Assembly (NCBI RefSeq): GCF_004353825.1
Contig: NZ_SMNA01000003.1
Location: forward strand, 496,001 to 543,124
Length of the DNA: 47,124 nucleotides
Reading direction: 5' to 3'
Source of the DNA: Occultella glacieicola
Lineage (GTDB): Bacteria; Actinomycetota; Actinomycetes; Actinomycetales; Beutenbergiaceae
This document shows positions 19,523 through 27,761 of the stretch, one piece after another. A program made the position numbers and the translations under genes. Under the pieces are notes generated by a model. It was not told the origin of the DNA. It ran no database searches and was given only the letters and a program-made list of their open reading frames with translations. Every line of letters begins with the position of its first letter. Positions within the stretch are counted from its first letter, which is position 1.

Positions 19523-20839
19523 TTGGAACCAGACCGCACGGGGCCCGACCGACCCCATCTCCTGCTGATCGCGATGCACTTCCCGCCGTCCCGCGCGAGC
19601 GGGGTGTTCCGGCCACTGGCCATGGCGAACCACTTCGTGTCGACCGGCTGGCAGGTGACGGTCATCACCGCCACCGAGAAGTTCTTCGGCGACGTCAACG
19701 GCACCACGGACGACGCGCTGCTCGCGCACGTCGACCCGCGGGTGCGCGTGGAGCGCGTGCCCGTACCGGCGGAGCATCTCATCACGGACGTCCGGCGGAT
19801 GAGTTGGCGCCGTGCCCACATCCCGAAGGTCGTCGGCGCCTGGGCGAAGGTGCGCGAGCGGGTTCTGTTCCCCGAGCGGTACAGTTCCTGGATCCCGGGG
19901 GTTGTGCGTCGCGCGCTCGCGGTCCATCGCCGTCGGCCGGTCGACGTCGTGTTGGGCACCGGCAATCCGTGGAGCGCCTTCGAGGCCGGCCGGCTCATCA
20001 AGACGTTGACGTCGGCACCCCTGATCCTCGACTACCGCGATTCCTGGACCCTCGATCAGTTCGGTGAACGGGACGCATTCGGGCCCGGCCATCCAGCCTG
20101 GGCCGCGGAGCGGAAGGCCGTGACCGCCGCCGACCTGATCGTGTATGTCAACGAGCCGATGCGCGACTGGCATGCTGCTCGCTATCCCGACGCCTCGAGC
20201 CGGATGACCGTCCTTGAGAACGGCTACGACGCCGGCCTGCTCGGCGAGGTCCCGTTCCGGTCACCGTCGTCCGGTCCACTGGTCCTCGGTAGCGTCGGCA
20301 CGATCACCGAACACTGGCCGCACGAGGCCTGGCGAGGCTGGGACCGGGCCAGATCCGAACCAGAGCTCGGGGACGCGAGCCTTCATCTCTACGGGCACCT
20401 GGGCTTCACCCGTGCCGCTGCATCGGCGATACGGGCCATGCTTCCCGGCCCCGACAGTCAGGTGGTCTGGGAGGGATCGGTCCCGAAGTCGGAGCTCACT
20501 GCCGTCTACACCTCGATCGATGTTCTCGTGATGATGATTCCGAGCTCCCGGTACGTCACCGCGGGCAAGACCTACGAATACATGGCCACCGGCAGGCCGA
20601 TCGTGGCGATCCACACTCCGCGGACCGCGGCAGCCATCCCGATGCGCGGTTATCCGCTCGCGTTCCCGTGCACGGACCTCGGACCGACGAGCGTGGCCGA
20701 GGCGTTCCTGGCCGCGGCCAGACGTGCCCGCACGATGACCGCCGCGGATCACGAGGCCGCCCTGGCACACGCCGCACGCTACCGGCGCGACCGCCTGCTC
20801 GACCCGTTCGAGGCCCGCGTCCGAGGGCTGTTGCGATGA
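19523..20839 (+). CDS. Glycosyltransferase family 4 (paralog of 10447..11808)
   Basis: HLLLIAMHFPP..SGVFR, LDYRDSWT, ENGYD and AGKTYEYMATGRPIV. The TTG start is inferred from alignment with the paralog. Confidence 0.85.
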   Translation: MEPDRTGPDRPHLLLIAMHFPPSRASGVFRPLAMANHFVSTGWQVTVITATEKFFGDVNGTTDDALLAHVDPRVRVERVPVPAEHLITDVRRMSWRRAHIPKVVGAWAKVRERVLFPERYSSWIPGVVRRALAVHRRRPVDVVLGTGNPWSAFEAGRLIKTLTSAPLILDYRDSWTLDQFGERDAFGPGHPAWAAERKAVTAADLIVYVNEPMRDWHAARYPDASSRMTVLENGYDAGLLGEVPFRSPSSGPLVLGSVGTITEHWPHEAWRGWDRARSEPELGDASLHLYGHLGFTRAAASAIRAMLPGPDSQVVWEGSVPKSELTAVYTSIDVLVMMIPSSRYVTAGKTYEYMATGRPIVAIHTPRTAAAIPMRGYPLAFPCTDLGPTSVAEAFLAAARRARTMTAADHEAALAHAARYRRDRLLDPFEARVRGLLR

Positions 20840-22659
20840 CGCGTGCAGCCACGAGGGACGTGGTGATCGTCACTCCGTGGTACCCGACTCCTGAGGAGGC
20901 GTACCACGGTGTCTTTGTGCGGGACACGGTGGCCGCCCTGGCGATCGAGCCGGAGCGGATCCGGATCGTGCACCTGGCCCGGCTGGGGGCACACGAGCCC
21001 GCGACGACCGAGATCGTCGCCACTCCGGAGGGCGAACTGCTCCGGATCGGGATCCCGATCCTCGCGGGCACGGCGCGTTCTGAGGTCGCGCGCCGCCAAC
21101 GCGACGTGCTCCGGGCACATGATGCCCTGGCGGGAGCCACGGTCATCCACGCCCACGTCGGCCTCCCGACGGGCTGGGCAGCGGCTGCCGCTGCCCCGGA
21201 CGGCGCCCGCCTCGTGGTCACCGAACATGCCACCTACCTGCGTGAGGAACTGCGGACGGTGTCGGGCCGGCAGGCATACCGAGAAGTTCTCGATCGCGTG
21301 TCCACGCTGCACATGGTGAGCGAGGCCGAGGCGGAGCGGGTCCGGGCGCTGTACCCCGAGCATGCGTCCCGGGTGATCGCCACCGGGAACCCGGTCCGGC
21401 CGCCGCGGCATCCGATGCCGCCGCGGGGGCCAGGACCTCTCGACCGTTGGCTCTACATCGGCAATCTCATTCCCCGCAAGGGTGTTCAGCAGTTGCTGGA
21501 GTCGTTCGCGCTGTTCCATCGGGACCGCCCGACGGCGTCCCTCACCCTGGTCGGTGGCGGTCCGCTCGAGGGGTTCTTGTGGGAGCAGACGGCCGAACTG
21601 GGTCTCACCGCGCACGTGCGGTTCGCCGGGCCGCAGGGGCCCGAGGACCTGGTCGACCTGGCGCGTTGGGGTGACGTGCTCGTGCATCTGTCCGCGTTCG
21701 AGACGTTCGGCCTGACACCCGTTGAGGCCGCGCTGAACGGCCTCGCCGTAGTCGTCACCAGATGCGGTGGTCCCGAGGAGACACTTTTGGAGTCGGCGGC
21801 GGCCGGCATCGCGCGGCTCGTACCGGCGGGCGCCTCGCCCGAGGTGGTCGTGGCTGCCGTCCGCTCGCTCGAGTCGTCGGCACCCGACGCCCGCGCCAGC
21901 CAGGCTCTGACGGACCTGCATGAGCGCTATGCGGCTGGCCCGTGGGGTCGGCGGATGACCGCGACGCTGCTGCCGTCCGGGCACGCCGGCGACGTTGCCG
22001 CCAGTGTGCCCGAAACCGACGCGGACAGCCCGGATGGGGCAGCGTGTGCCGGAGGGCTGCCCCGGCGCGTCCTCCTGTTGGCGAACTCCCCCGTCGGCCG
22101 CCGCAAGGTGCGCGAACTGGTTCCGATGACGCTGCGTCACGACGTCCCGCTGATGGTCGTGACCAACCGGTCGTCGATGGCGGCCGCGCTGGACCGGCGG
22201 GTGCGCGTGCTCGACATCCAGCCGGCCACGTCCTGGCTCCCGTTGCAGCTCCTCGAGTCGGCACTGTTGGTCGGGGTGCCGCGTCTGATCCTGAGTACGG
22301 CCGAACGTCTGGCCGGACTCGTCGCTCGGGTGCCTGGGCGGGTCGGGCGTCTGGCGCTCGCTGGTCAACGCCGCGTCGGTGCGGTCCGGACTCGCGCCAT
22401 CGACCTCGGCAACAGGATCCATGACTCGGTGCTCCACCCGCTGGTCTACGCCGTCACCGATCCCATCCCGAACGCCCGGTACGTCATGCGCCACCGGGCA
22501 AGCATCGACGAGTTCGACCCCAGCCACGTCTTCTACGCCGACAGCGAGTCACTGGCGATCGCCTGGCGCTTGGTCCGGGCATGGCCGGACCTCGACGTCG
22601 ACCGCCTGCCCCGGACGATCGACTACTGGGAGTTCCTCCGCCCGGCGCCGGTGGACTGA
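20836..22659 (+). CDS. Glycosyltransferase family 4 with an extra C-terminal domain
   Basis: TPWYPT..GVFV, HAHV, VTEH, YIGNLIPRKG and ETFGLTPVEAALNG. ATGA coupling; ~200-aa extension after the GT domain. Confidence 0.87.
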   Translation: MTRAATRDVVIVTPWYPTPEEAYHGVFVRDTVAALAIEPERIRIVHLARLGAHEPATTEIVATPEGELLRIGIPILAGTARSEVARRQRDVLRAHDALAGATVIHAHVGLPTGWAAAAAAPDGARLVVTEHATYLREELRTVSGRQAYREVLDRVSTLHMVSEAEAERVRALYPEHASRVIATGNPVRPPRHPMPPRGPGPLDRWLYIGNLIPRKGVQQLLESFALFHRDRPTASLTLVGGGPLEGFLWEQTAELGLTAHVRFAGPQGPEDLVDLARWGDVLVHLSAFETFGLTPVEAALNGLAVVVTRCGGPEETLLESAAAGIARLVPAGASPEVVVAAVRSLESSAPDARASQALTDLHERYAAGPWGRRMTATLLPSGHAGDVAASVPETDADSPDGAACAGGLPRRVLLLANSPVGRRKVRELVPMTLRHDVPLMVVTNRSSMAAALDRRVRVLDIQPATSWLPLQLLESALLVGVPRLILSTAERLAGLVARVPGRVGRLALAGQRRVGAVRTRAIDLGNRIHDSVLHPLVYAVTDPIPNARYVMRHRASIDEFDPSHVFYADSESLAIAWRLVRAWPDLDVDRLPRTIDYWEFLRPAPVD

Positions 22660-22666
22660 GACGTGA

Positions 22667-23770
22667 TCAGCGGGTGAGGAAGGACGCGGCCATCAGCCGC
22701 AGCGGCGCCTCGGTGGCGAACATCTGGGTCAAGTCTCGGGTGATCACGGTCGAGGGGTGACCGTGCCGGCGCCGCTGGAGCGCGAGGGAGATCAGTCGTT
22801 CCGCGTTCCCAGAACGCCCCAGGATGGCGTCGAGGAGCCGGCGGTCGGCCAGTGAGAGCACGGCCTCGACGCCCGGCGCGGCGTCGAGCAGCCGACGAGC
22901 GACCTTGGCCAGGGAGGCACGCTCGGCGTCGGTCCAGAACTCCGGGTCGTTCCGGTTGTGTACGGCGCCGAACAGGTGGATCCGGATGAACTTCACGCAC
23001 GCCGACCGGCGCTGCTCCAGCGTCAGAGCCTCGAACCACGGCTGCCGCACCAGCCGTCGGAGGAACCTGAGTTCGTCCTTGATCGGGCGCTGGACGTACG
23101 TGACCCGGTCCGCGGCGTCCTCCCCGATCACGTACGCAGGGCCCCACCGGTCGAACACCGCCTTCCCGCCGAACCACAACCGCGTCACGAAGCCGACGTC
23201 ACCGCCCACCTGAGCGCGCTCCTCGAGTCGCAGTCCCAGGCGGGTGATCGCGGCCCGGGAAACCAGACCGAGTGGAGCACTCCGGTAGGAGAGCCGGTCG
23301 GCGACCGGGTCAAGCTCCTTGCGCCGGAACGGCCGGGTGGGCGGCGTCCGGACCATCCGGTGCTCCAGGCCGAGCACGAGCCGGGCCACGACGGCGTCGG
23401 CACCGGTCCGGCGGGCGAGCCAGAACCAGGACGATATTGCCCCCGGCAACAGGGTGTCGTCGGAGCCCATGATGGCCACATACTCGGCGGTTGCCAGGTC
23501 GATGCCGGCGTTGAACGGGCCGGACGCGCTCCGGTACGGGTCACGGTGTTCCAGGAACCGCACCTGGTCGCGGTGGTGGGCGTCCAGTAGCGGTCCGATC
23601 TCGTCGGCACCGATGTTGTGGCAGACGACCGTGAGACGGACCCCCTCGCCGTTGCGGTCGAGCACGGACCGGACGGCCCGCGCGATCGGCCGCTCCGTGG
23701 AGTGGACGGCGATGATCACGTCGACGCCGACCCCGCCCTTCGGCTCCATGTCCGCACCCGGCTCAGGCAC
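22667..23770 (-). CDS. Glycosyltransferase family 2
   Basis: VDVIIAVH, SGPFNAGID and YVAIMGSDD (DxD region). GTG at 23770 follows GGAGG and overlaps the upstream stop. Confidence 0.85.
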   Translation of the reverse strand: MPEPGADMEPKGGVGVDVIIAVHSTERPIARAVRSVLDRNGEGVRLTVVCHNIGADEIGPLLDAHHRDQVRFLEHRDPYRSASGPFNAGIDLATAEYVAIMGSDDTLLPGAISSWFWLARRTGADAVVARLVLGLEHRMVRTPPTRPFRRKELDPVADRLSYRSAPLGLVSRAAITRLGLRLEERAQVGGDVGFVTRLWFGGKAVFDRWGPAYVIGEDAADRVTYVQRPIKDELRFLRRLVRQPWFEALTLEQRRSACVKFIRIHLFGAVHNRNDPEFWTDAERASLAKVARRLLDAAPGVEAVLSLADRRLLDAILGRSGNAERLISLALQRRRHGHPSTVITRDLTQMFATEAPLRLMAASFLTR

Positions 23771-24878
23771 GGCGACCCTCCGCGGCTGCCCGGTACCCGG
23801 CCACATACCCGGCTCCAACTCGAGCGGCTGAGAACGAGTCACCGATGGTCTCGGCGATGTCCGAGGCGTTCAGGTGCCGGGTCCGCCGCTCCGTCTCGAC
23901 GATCGCGTCCGCGTACGCCGAGGCTTCCTGGAGGTCCACGAGGGTCCCGACCTCGGGCCGGATGTACTCGCCCTGGCCGCCGGTCGCGCCGACGACCACG
24001 GGTCGTCCGTGCACCAGTGCCTCGGCCGCGGACACACAGAAATTGTCCGCGCGCGTCGGCAGGAAGAACAGGTCCGCGGCGTTGAGGGCCGCGGAGACTC
24101 CGGCCGCGTCGGCCGTTCCGGCTAGACGCACCCGGTGTCCGACCTTGCGCTTGCGGGCCCGGCGCTCGACCGCCTCGCGCAATTCGCCGTCCCCCACCCA
24201 CGTGAGGTGCGCGGACACACCGCGGCGCGCCAGCTCCGCGACCGTGTCGACCGCGAGGAGCGGATCCTTGCGGTCCACGAGTCCGCCTACGGCGACGAGT
24301 CGCAGCGGCATGCGTGGTCGCATCGGCCGTGGGGCCAGATGCTGCCGCGGGGGCACGATGCACGGCACGACGGCGGTCGGTGCGTCCGCGCGGGCGGACC
24401 GGATCGGGCCGGCCAGGTACTCGCAGACCCCGGTGACGACGTCGGGCATCCGCAACAGCGGCCGCAGCAGCGGCAGGGCCGCACGCGCCGCGAGCGGGAG
24501 GGTCGCCGGCGTCGTCAGACCGGACCAGTGCTCGGTGTGGACCCAGGGCGCGTCGGGCCGATTCAACCCGAACGGCAGCAACGACGAGAACGCCATCGTG
24601 TGGACCACATCGGCACCTGCGAGCAGTGAGCCCAGCGAGCGGGCGACCGTCAGGATGTCGAGCGGGGAACGGGTGGACATCGGCACCCGCCGGACCCTGA
24701 GGCCCTCGCGGGTGAGAGCGCGGATGCCATCGTCCTGGTGCGGCGGGACGAGGTGCAGCACGTCCACCGAGTCGATCTGCGGTCGAGCAGCGATGGCGGC
24801 TACGTCCTTCGCGACGAACGCGCCGCTACTGGGGGCGCGTTCGGTCGGAAACCAGGTTGTCACGGCGATGATCCGCAT
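23763..24878 (-). CDS. Glycosyltransferase family 4
   Basis: TTWFPT..SGAFV, HTEHWS, VGGLVDRKDP and DNFCVSAAEALVHGRPVV. ATG at 24878. Confidence 0.88.
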   Translation of the reverse strand: MRIIAVTTWFPTERAPSSGAFVAKDVAAIAARPQIDSVDVLHLVPPHQDDGIRALTREGLRVRRVPMSTRSPLDILTVARSLGSLLAGADVVHTMAFSSLLPFGLNRPDAPWVHTEHWSGLTTPATLPLAARAALPLLRPLLRMPDVVTGVCEYLAGPIRSARADAPTAVVPCIVPPRQHLAPRPMRPRMPLRLVAVGGLVDRKDPLLAVDTVAELARRGVSAHLTWVGDGELREAVERRARKRKVGHRVRLAGTADAAGVSAALNAADLFFLPTRADNFCVSAAEALVHGRPVVVGATGGQGEYIRPEVGTLVDLQEASAYADAIVETERRTRHLNASDIAETIGDSFSAARVGAGYVAGYRAAAEGRRA

Positions 24879-24884
24879 ACGCTG

Positions 24885-24890
24885 AAAGTA
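24885..24890 (-). promoter_or_regulatory. Candidate -10 element of a leaderless transcript
   Basis: Minus strand reads TACTTT-cagcgt-ATG, with no SD sequence before the ATG. Confidence 0.5.
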
Positions 24891-24995
24891 TCCGATCCTC
24901 GACGATGCGGTTGTCGGGCCCGCGCCGTTGTCGACCCGGACTCCCAGCACCTGAGACACTGGCAGGGCCCTGTCAGCCGTCCCCTTGGAGCGCCC

Positions 24996-26075
24996 ATGCC
25001 CGCAACCATCCGCGCCACGGTCGGCGATCTGTTGGACACCTACCAACGGATGGATGGCTGCTCCCCGGACGAGCACCACGACGAGGTTCGACAGCACCCC
25101 ATGGCCGAGGCCAAGTACATTCTGGCCTGCGTCGACACGTTCAGAAGTTCGCTGATGAGCGAGGACGAACTGGCCACTCGGATGGTGGGTTCGTTCGCGC
25201 GCCTCGAGGCCCATCGTCTGGACGACACCGGTCACGCCGGATGGGGCCTTGGCTTCGCGTACGGAGCCGGGTCAGCAGACGAGACGTATGTGATCACCAC
25301 CACGCTGGTGGTCCACGCCCTCCACAGCGTGACGACGTTCGCGCCCGCTGCGGTTCCTCCCGGCTGGATCGATCTGCTCCGGTCGGCAACCGACTACCTC
25401 CTCCACGCTGCGCGCGTGGGCACTCCGGACGGTGACCTGATCGCCTACTCGCCGAGGAACGATCTCCCGACTTACAACGTGACCGCGATGTGGAGTGGCG
25501 TCCTGAGCGAGGTCCTCGGGCCGGACCACCCCGACGGGGCCGGGATCCGGCAGGTGGCGAACGACCTCCTCGGGCGACGCATCCCCGGGGGCGGGTGGAC
25601 CTACGGGCCTGGATCGATCCGGGCGGACCTCCTGCACACCTGCTACACCGGGGTCGGGCTGACGATGGCACTCCCCGACCAGATCGACGCGCTGGACCGC
25701 ATGTTCCTCGAGGACATCCTTCGGTTCAGCAGCACGCCTGTCTGGTTCGATCGCTATGACCTGCACACCGTCGAGGATCTCCTGGCGGGTGAGGTCCCTG
25801 GTCTGGGACGAGGGGTCCACGTGGTGAACGGCAACGCCCTGGTCGGGTTCGATGCACCCGCACGATCCTGGTCGATGGGGGAGCTCCTCGTCGTCATCTC
25901 CGAGGCGGCCGCGCGTCCGACGACGGGAAGATACTGGATGGCCCAACTCCGCCGGCTCGCGCGGTCGACCACCGAGGTGCAGCTGCCCGAGAACTGGTTC
26001 CGACACTCGATGCACATCGCACACGGCCTCGCGAGCGCACTGCGTGTCCTGCGCGCGGATCAGGGGTCGTCATGA
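24996..26075 (+). CDS. Hypothetical protein, putative (alpha/alpha)-barrel of a type seen in polysaccharide loci
   Basis: GGAG RBS before ATG 24996. Spaced motifs GWGLGF, YSP..TYNVTAM, GGWTYG and DLLHTCY between amphipathic helices. ATGA-coupled to the next gene. Confidence 0.65.
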   Translation: MPATIRATVGDLLDTYQRMDGCSPDEHHDEVRQHPMAEAKYILACVDTFRSSLMSEDELATRMVGSFARLEAHRLDDTGHAGWGLGFAYGAGSADETYVITTTLVVHALHSVTTFAPAAVPPGWIDLLRSATDYLLHAARVGTPDGDLIAYSPRNDLPTYNVTAMWSGVLSEVLGPDHPDGAGIRQVANDLLGRRIPGGGWTYGPGSIRADLLHTCYTGVGLTMALPDQIDALDRMFLEDILRFSSTPVWFDRYDLHTVEDLLAGEVPGLGRGVHVVNGNALVGFDAPARSWSMGELLVVISEAAARPTTGRYWMAQLRRLARSTTEVQLPENWFRHSMHIAHGLASALRVLRADQGSS

Positions 26076-27532
26076 GGCCGGGCCTGCGCAACTGGCTACT
26101 GGCTCGCCGACGCCCTCCGGCGGCTACGGAGCGCGGATCAGCGGAGAGCGTCGATGCGTCCCCAGCAGTGCCGCGAACCGTCGCAGTCGAGCGCGAGCAG
26201 AGTGGATCGCCCGACATGCCCCCGTTCGTCCACTTCGCGAAGATGCAGGACTTCTACCGATTCGCGTTCCTTCCTGACGGCTATCCGGGTCGCGCAGGGT
26301 CAGACGGCTCGATCTTCCCCCACCCCATCTATGGCACCTATGCGCTCATCGACTACCTGAAGCAGTACGCGAGGGATCCACGACCGGAGCTGCTGCAGGC
26401 GATCTCGCGCGTGGCTCACGCCGCAATCTCGCGCATGACCCCGTTCAACGACACCCTCGTGTTCTGGTACGAGGCGAATCCGAGCCTGGGCGCCCGCCTA
26501 TACGCGGATCACTACTCGGGGCTGACACAGGCCTATTACGCAGTGCAACTAGCCCGAGCAGGCACGGTTCTCGAGGATGCTTCGGTGCGTACGGCCGCGG
26601 AATCCGTGTTTCGCAGCCTCTTGGTTCCTGCCGAGGCCGGCGGGGTGTTGCACCGCACGCCGGCGGGTCCGGTGATCGCCGAGGTACCCCAGACGCCGAA
26701 CAGCTGGATCCTGAACGGTTGGCTCTCAGCGCTAACGTCCATCCAGGAGTTCTCTGACATCACCGGGTTGGACGAAGCCCGAGACCTCATTCACGACAGC
26801 ACTCGAACCATGGCACGCGTTCTTCACCTGTATGACGAACCTGTCAAACGGACCAGCCGATACGGCTTGACCGGTTTCGCCTATCTTCGCCTCCGCTTCG
26901 AGCACCTCCCTCAGTCTCTGCAGGACGTGACACTGCATATCCCAGGCGAGCCGGACATCGTCCTTCCGACCGGGTCGGGAACCCGTTGGCAGCCCTATGT
27001 CTTCGGCCCAGACATGGTGCGCACGACTCCGAAGACGACGACGGTTCGGATCAATGCGGTCCTCTCGCTCGCGAGTGCGCCAGAACCCAACCGAGTCGGC
27101 TTCACCGCCACAACGGAGAGTCCGGGCACCGTGACTCTCGAAGGGATGCTCGGCGCGTACGAGCCGACGGCATCATCGCCGGTGAACGCTGAATGGAAGG
27201 AGATCGCGAGCACCACCATTCCTTCGGGCACCTCGAGCTGCATGATGGACATCCCAGCGTTCGTGGTTGATTCGACCGTCTATCCCACGAACTTCGCCAA
27301 GAAGATCGAGGGGCAGAACGTCAACGTCTACCACAGCATCCATATTCAGCGTCTGCGGCAACTGCATGGCCGGACCGGCGTCGACGAACTCCTCACATGG
27401 GCGGACAAGTGGCACGGATACATCGCCGACTGGGCGACGATGCCGACCTACTCCGGCCTGGCATTCAGGGACCCGGTCAGCGGGAAGGTTCGGCCGGTGA
27501 CGGATCAGCCTGCAGCCATCGAGGGGTCCTGA
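26072..27532 (+). CDS. D-glucuronyl C5-epimerase family protein with a large insertion
   Basis: HYSGLTQ, GGV, EVPQTPNSWILNGW, LHLYD..SRYGL, YHSIHIQRL and W..Y match, in order, the GLCE C-terminal domain motifs (WYSAMAQG, EEYPT.P.SFVLNGF, LPLYD..YDL, YH..HI.QL). Confidence 0.8.
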   Translation: MRPGLRNWLLARRRPPAATERGSAESVDASPAVPRTVAVEREQSGSPDMPPFVHFAKMQDFYRFAFLPDGYPGRAGSDGSIFPHPIYGTYALIDYLKQYARDPRPELLQAISRVAHAAISRMTPFNDTLVFWYEANPSLGARLYADHYSGLTQAYYAVQLARAGTVLEDASVRTAAESVFRSLLVPAEAGGVLHRTPAGPVIAEVPQTPNSWILNGWLSALTSIQEFSDITGLDEARDLIHDSTRTMARVLHLYDEPVKRTSRYGLTGFAYLRLRFEHLPQSLQDVTLHIPGEPDIVLPTGSGTRWQPYVFGPDMVRTTPKTTTVRINAVLSLASAPEPNRVGFTATTESPGTVTLEGMLGAYEPTASSPVNAEWKEIASTTIPSGTSSCMMDIPAFVVDSTVYPTNFAKKIEGQNVNVYHSIHIQRLRQLHGRTGVDELLTWADKWHGYIADWATMPTYSGLAFRDPVSGKVRPVTDQPAAIEGS

Positions 27533-27761
27533 GTCGGGAAATGCTCCGTCGTCTCGAACTCACCCTCCATCACCGATGGCCAGACTGGTCGAGCATGGAT
27601 CCGTTGAGCCGTGTCGAGCCCAATGCTGGTCCCGGCCAGCACGCTGCCGATCCGCTGTCGGCAAGACGCATCACATACCGAGGCGTGATCAACGCCGTTG
27701 AGGACACCTTTCCTGCAGTGTTGACGGGCTGGCGTCCGAGTCCAAGGGAGACCGAAGTACG

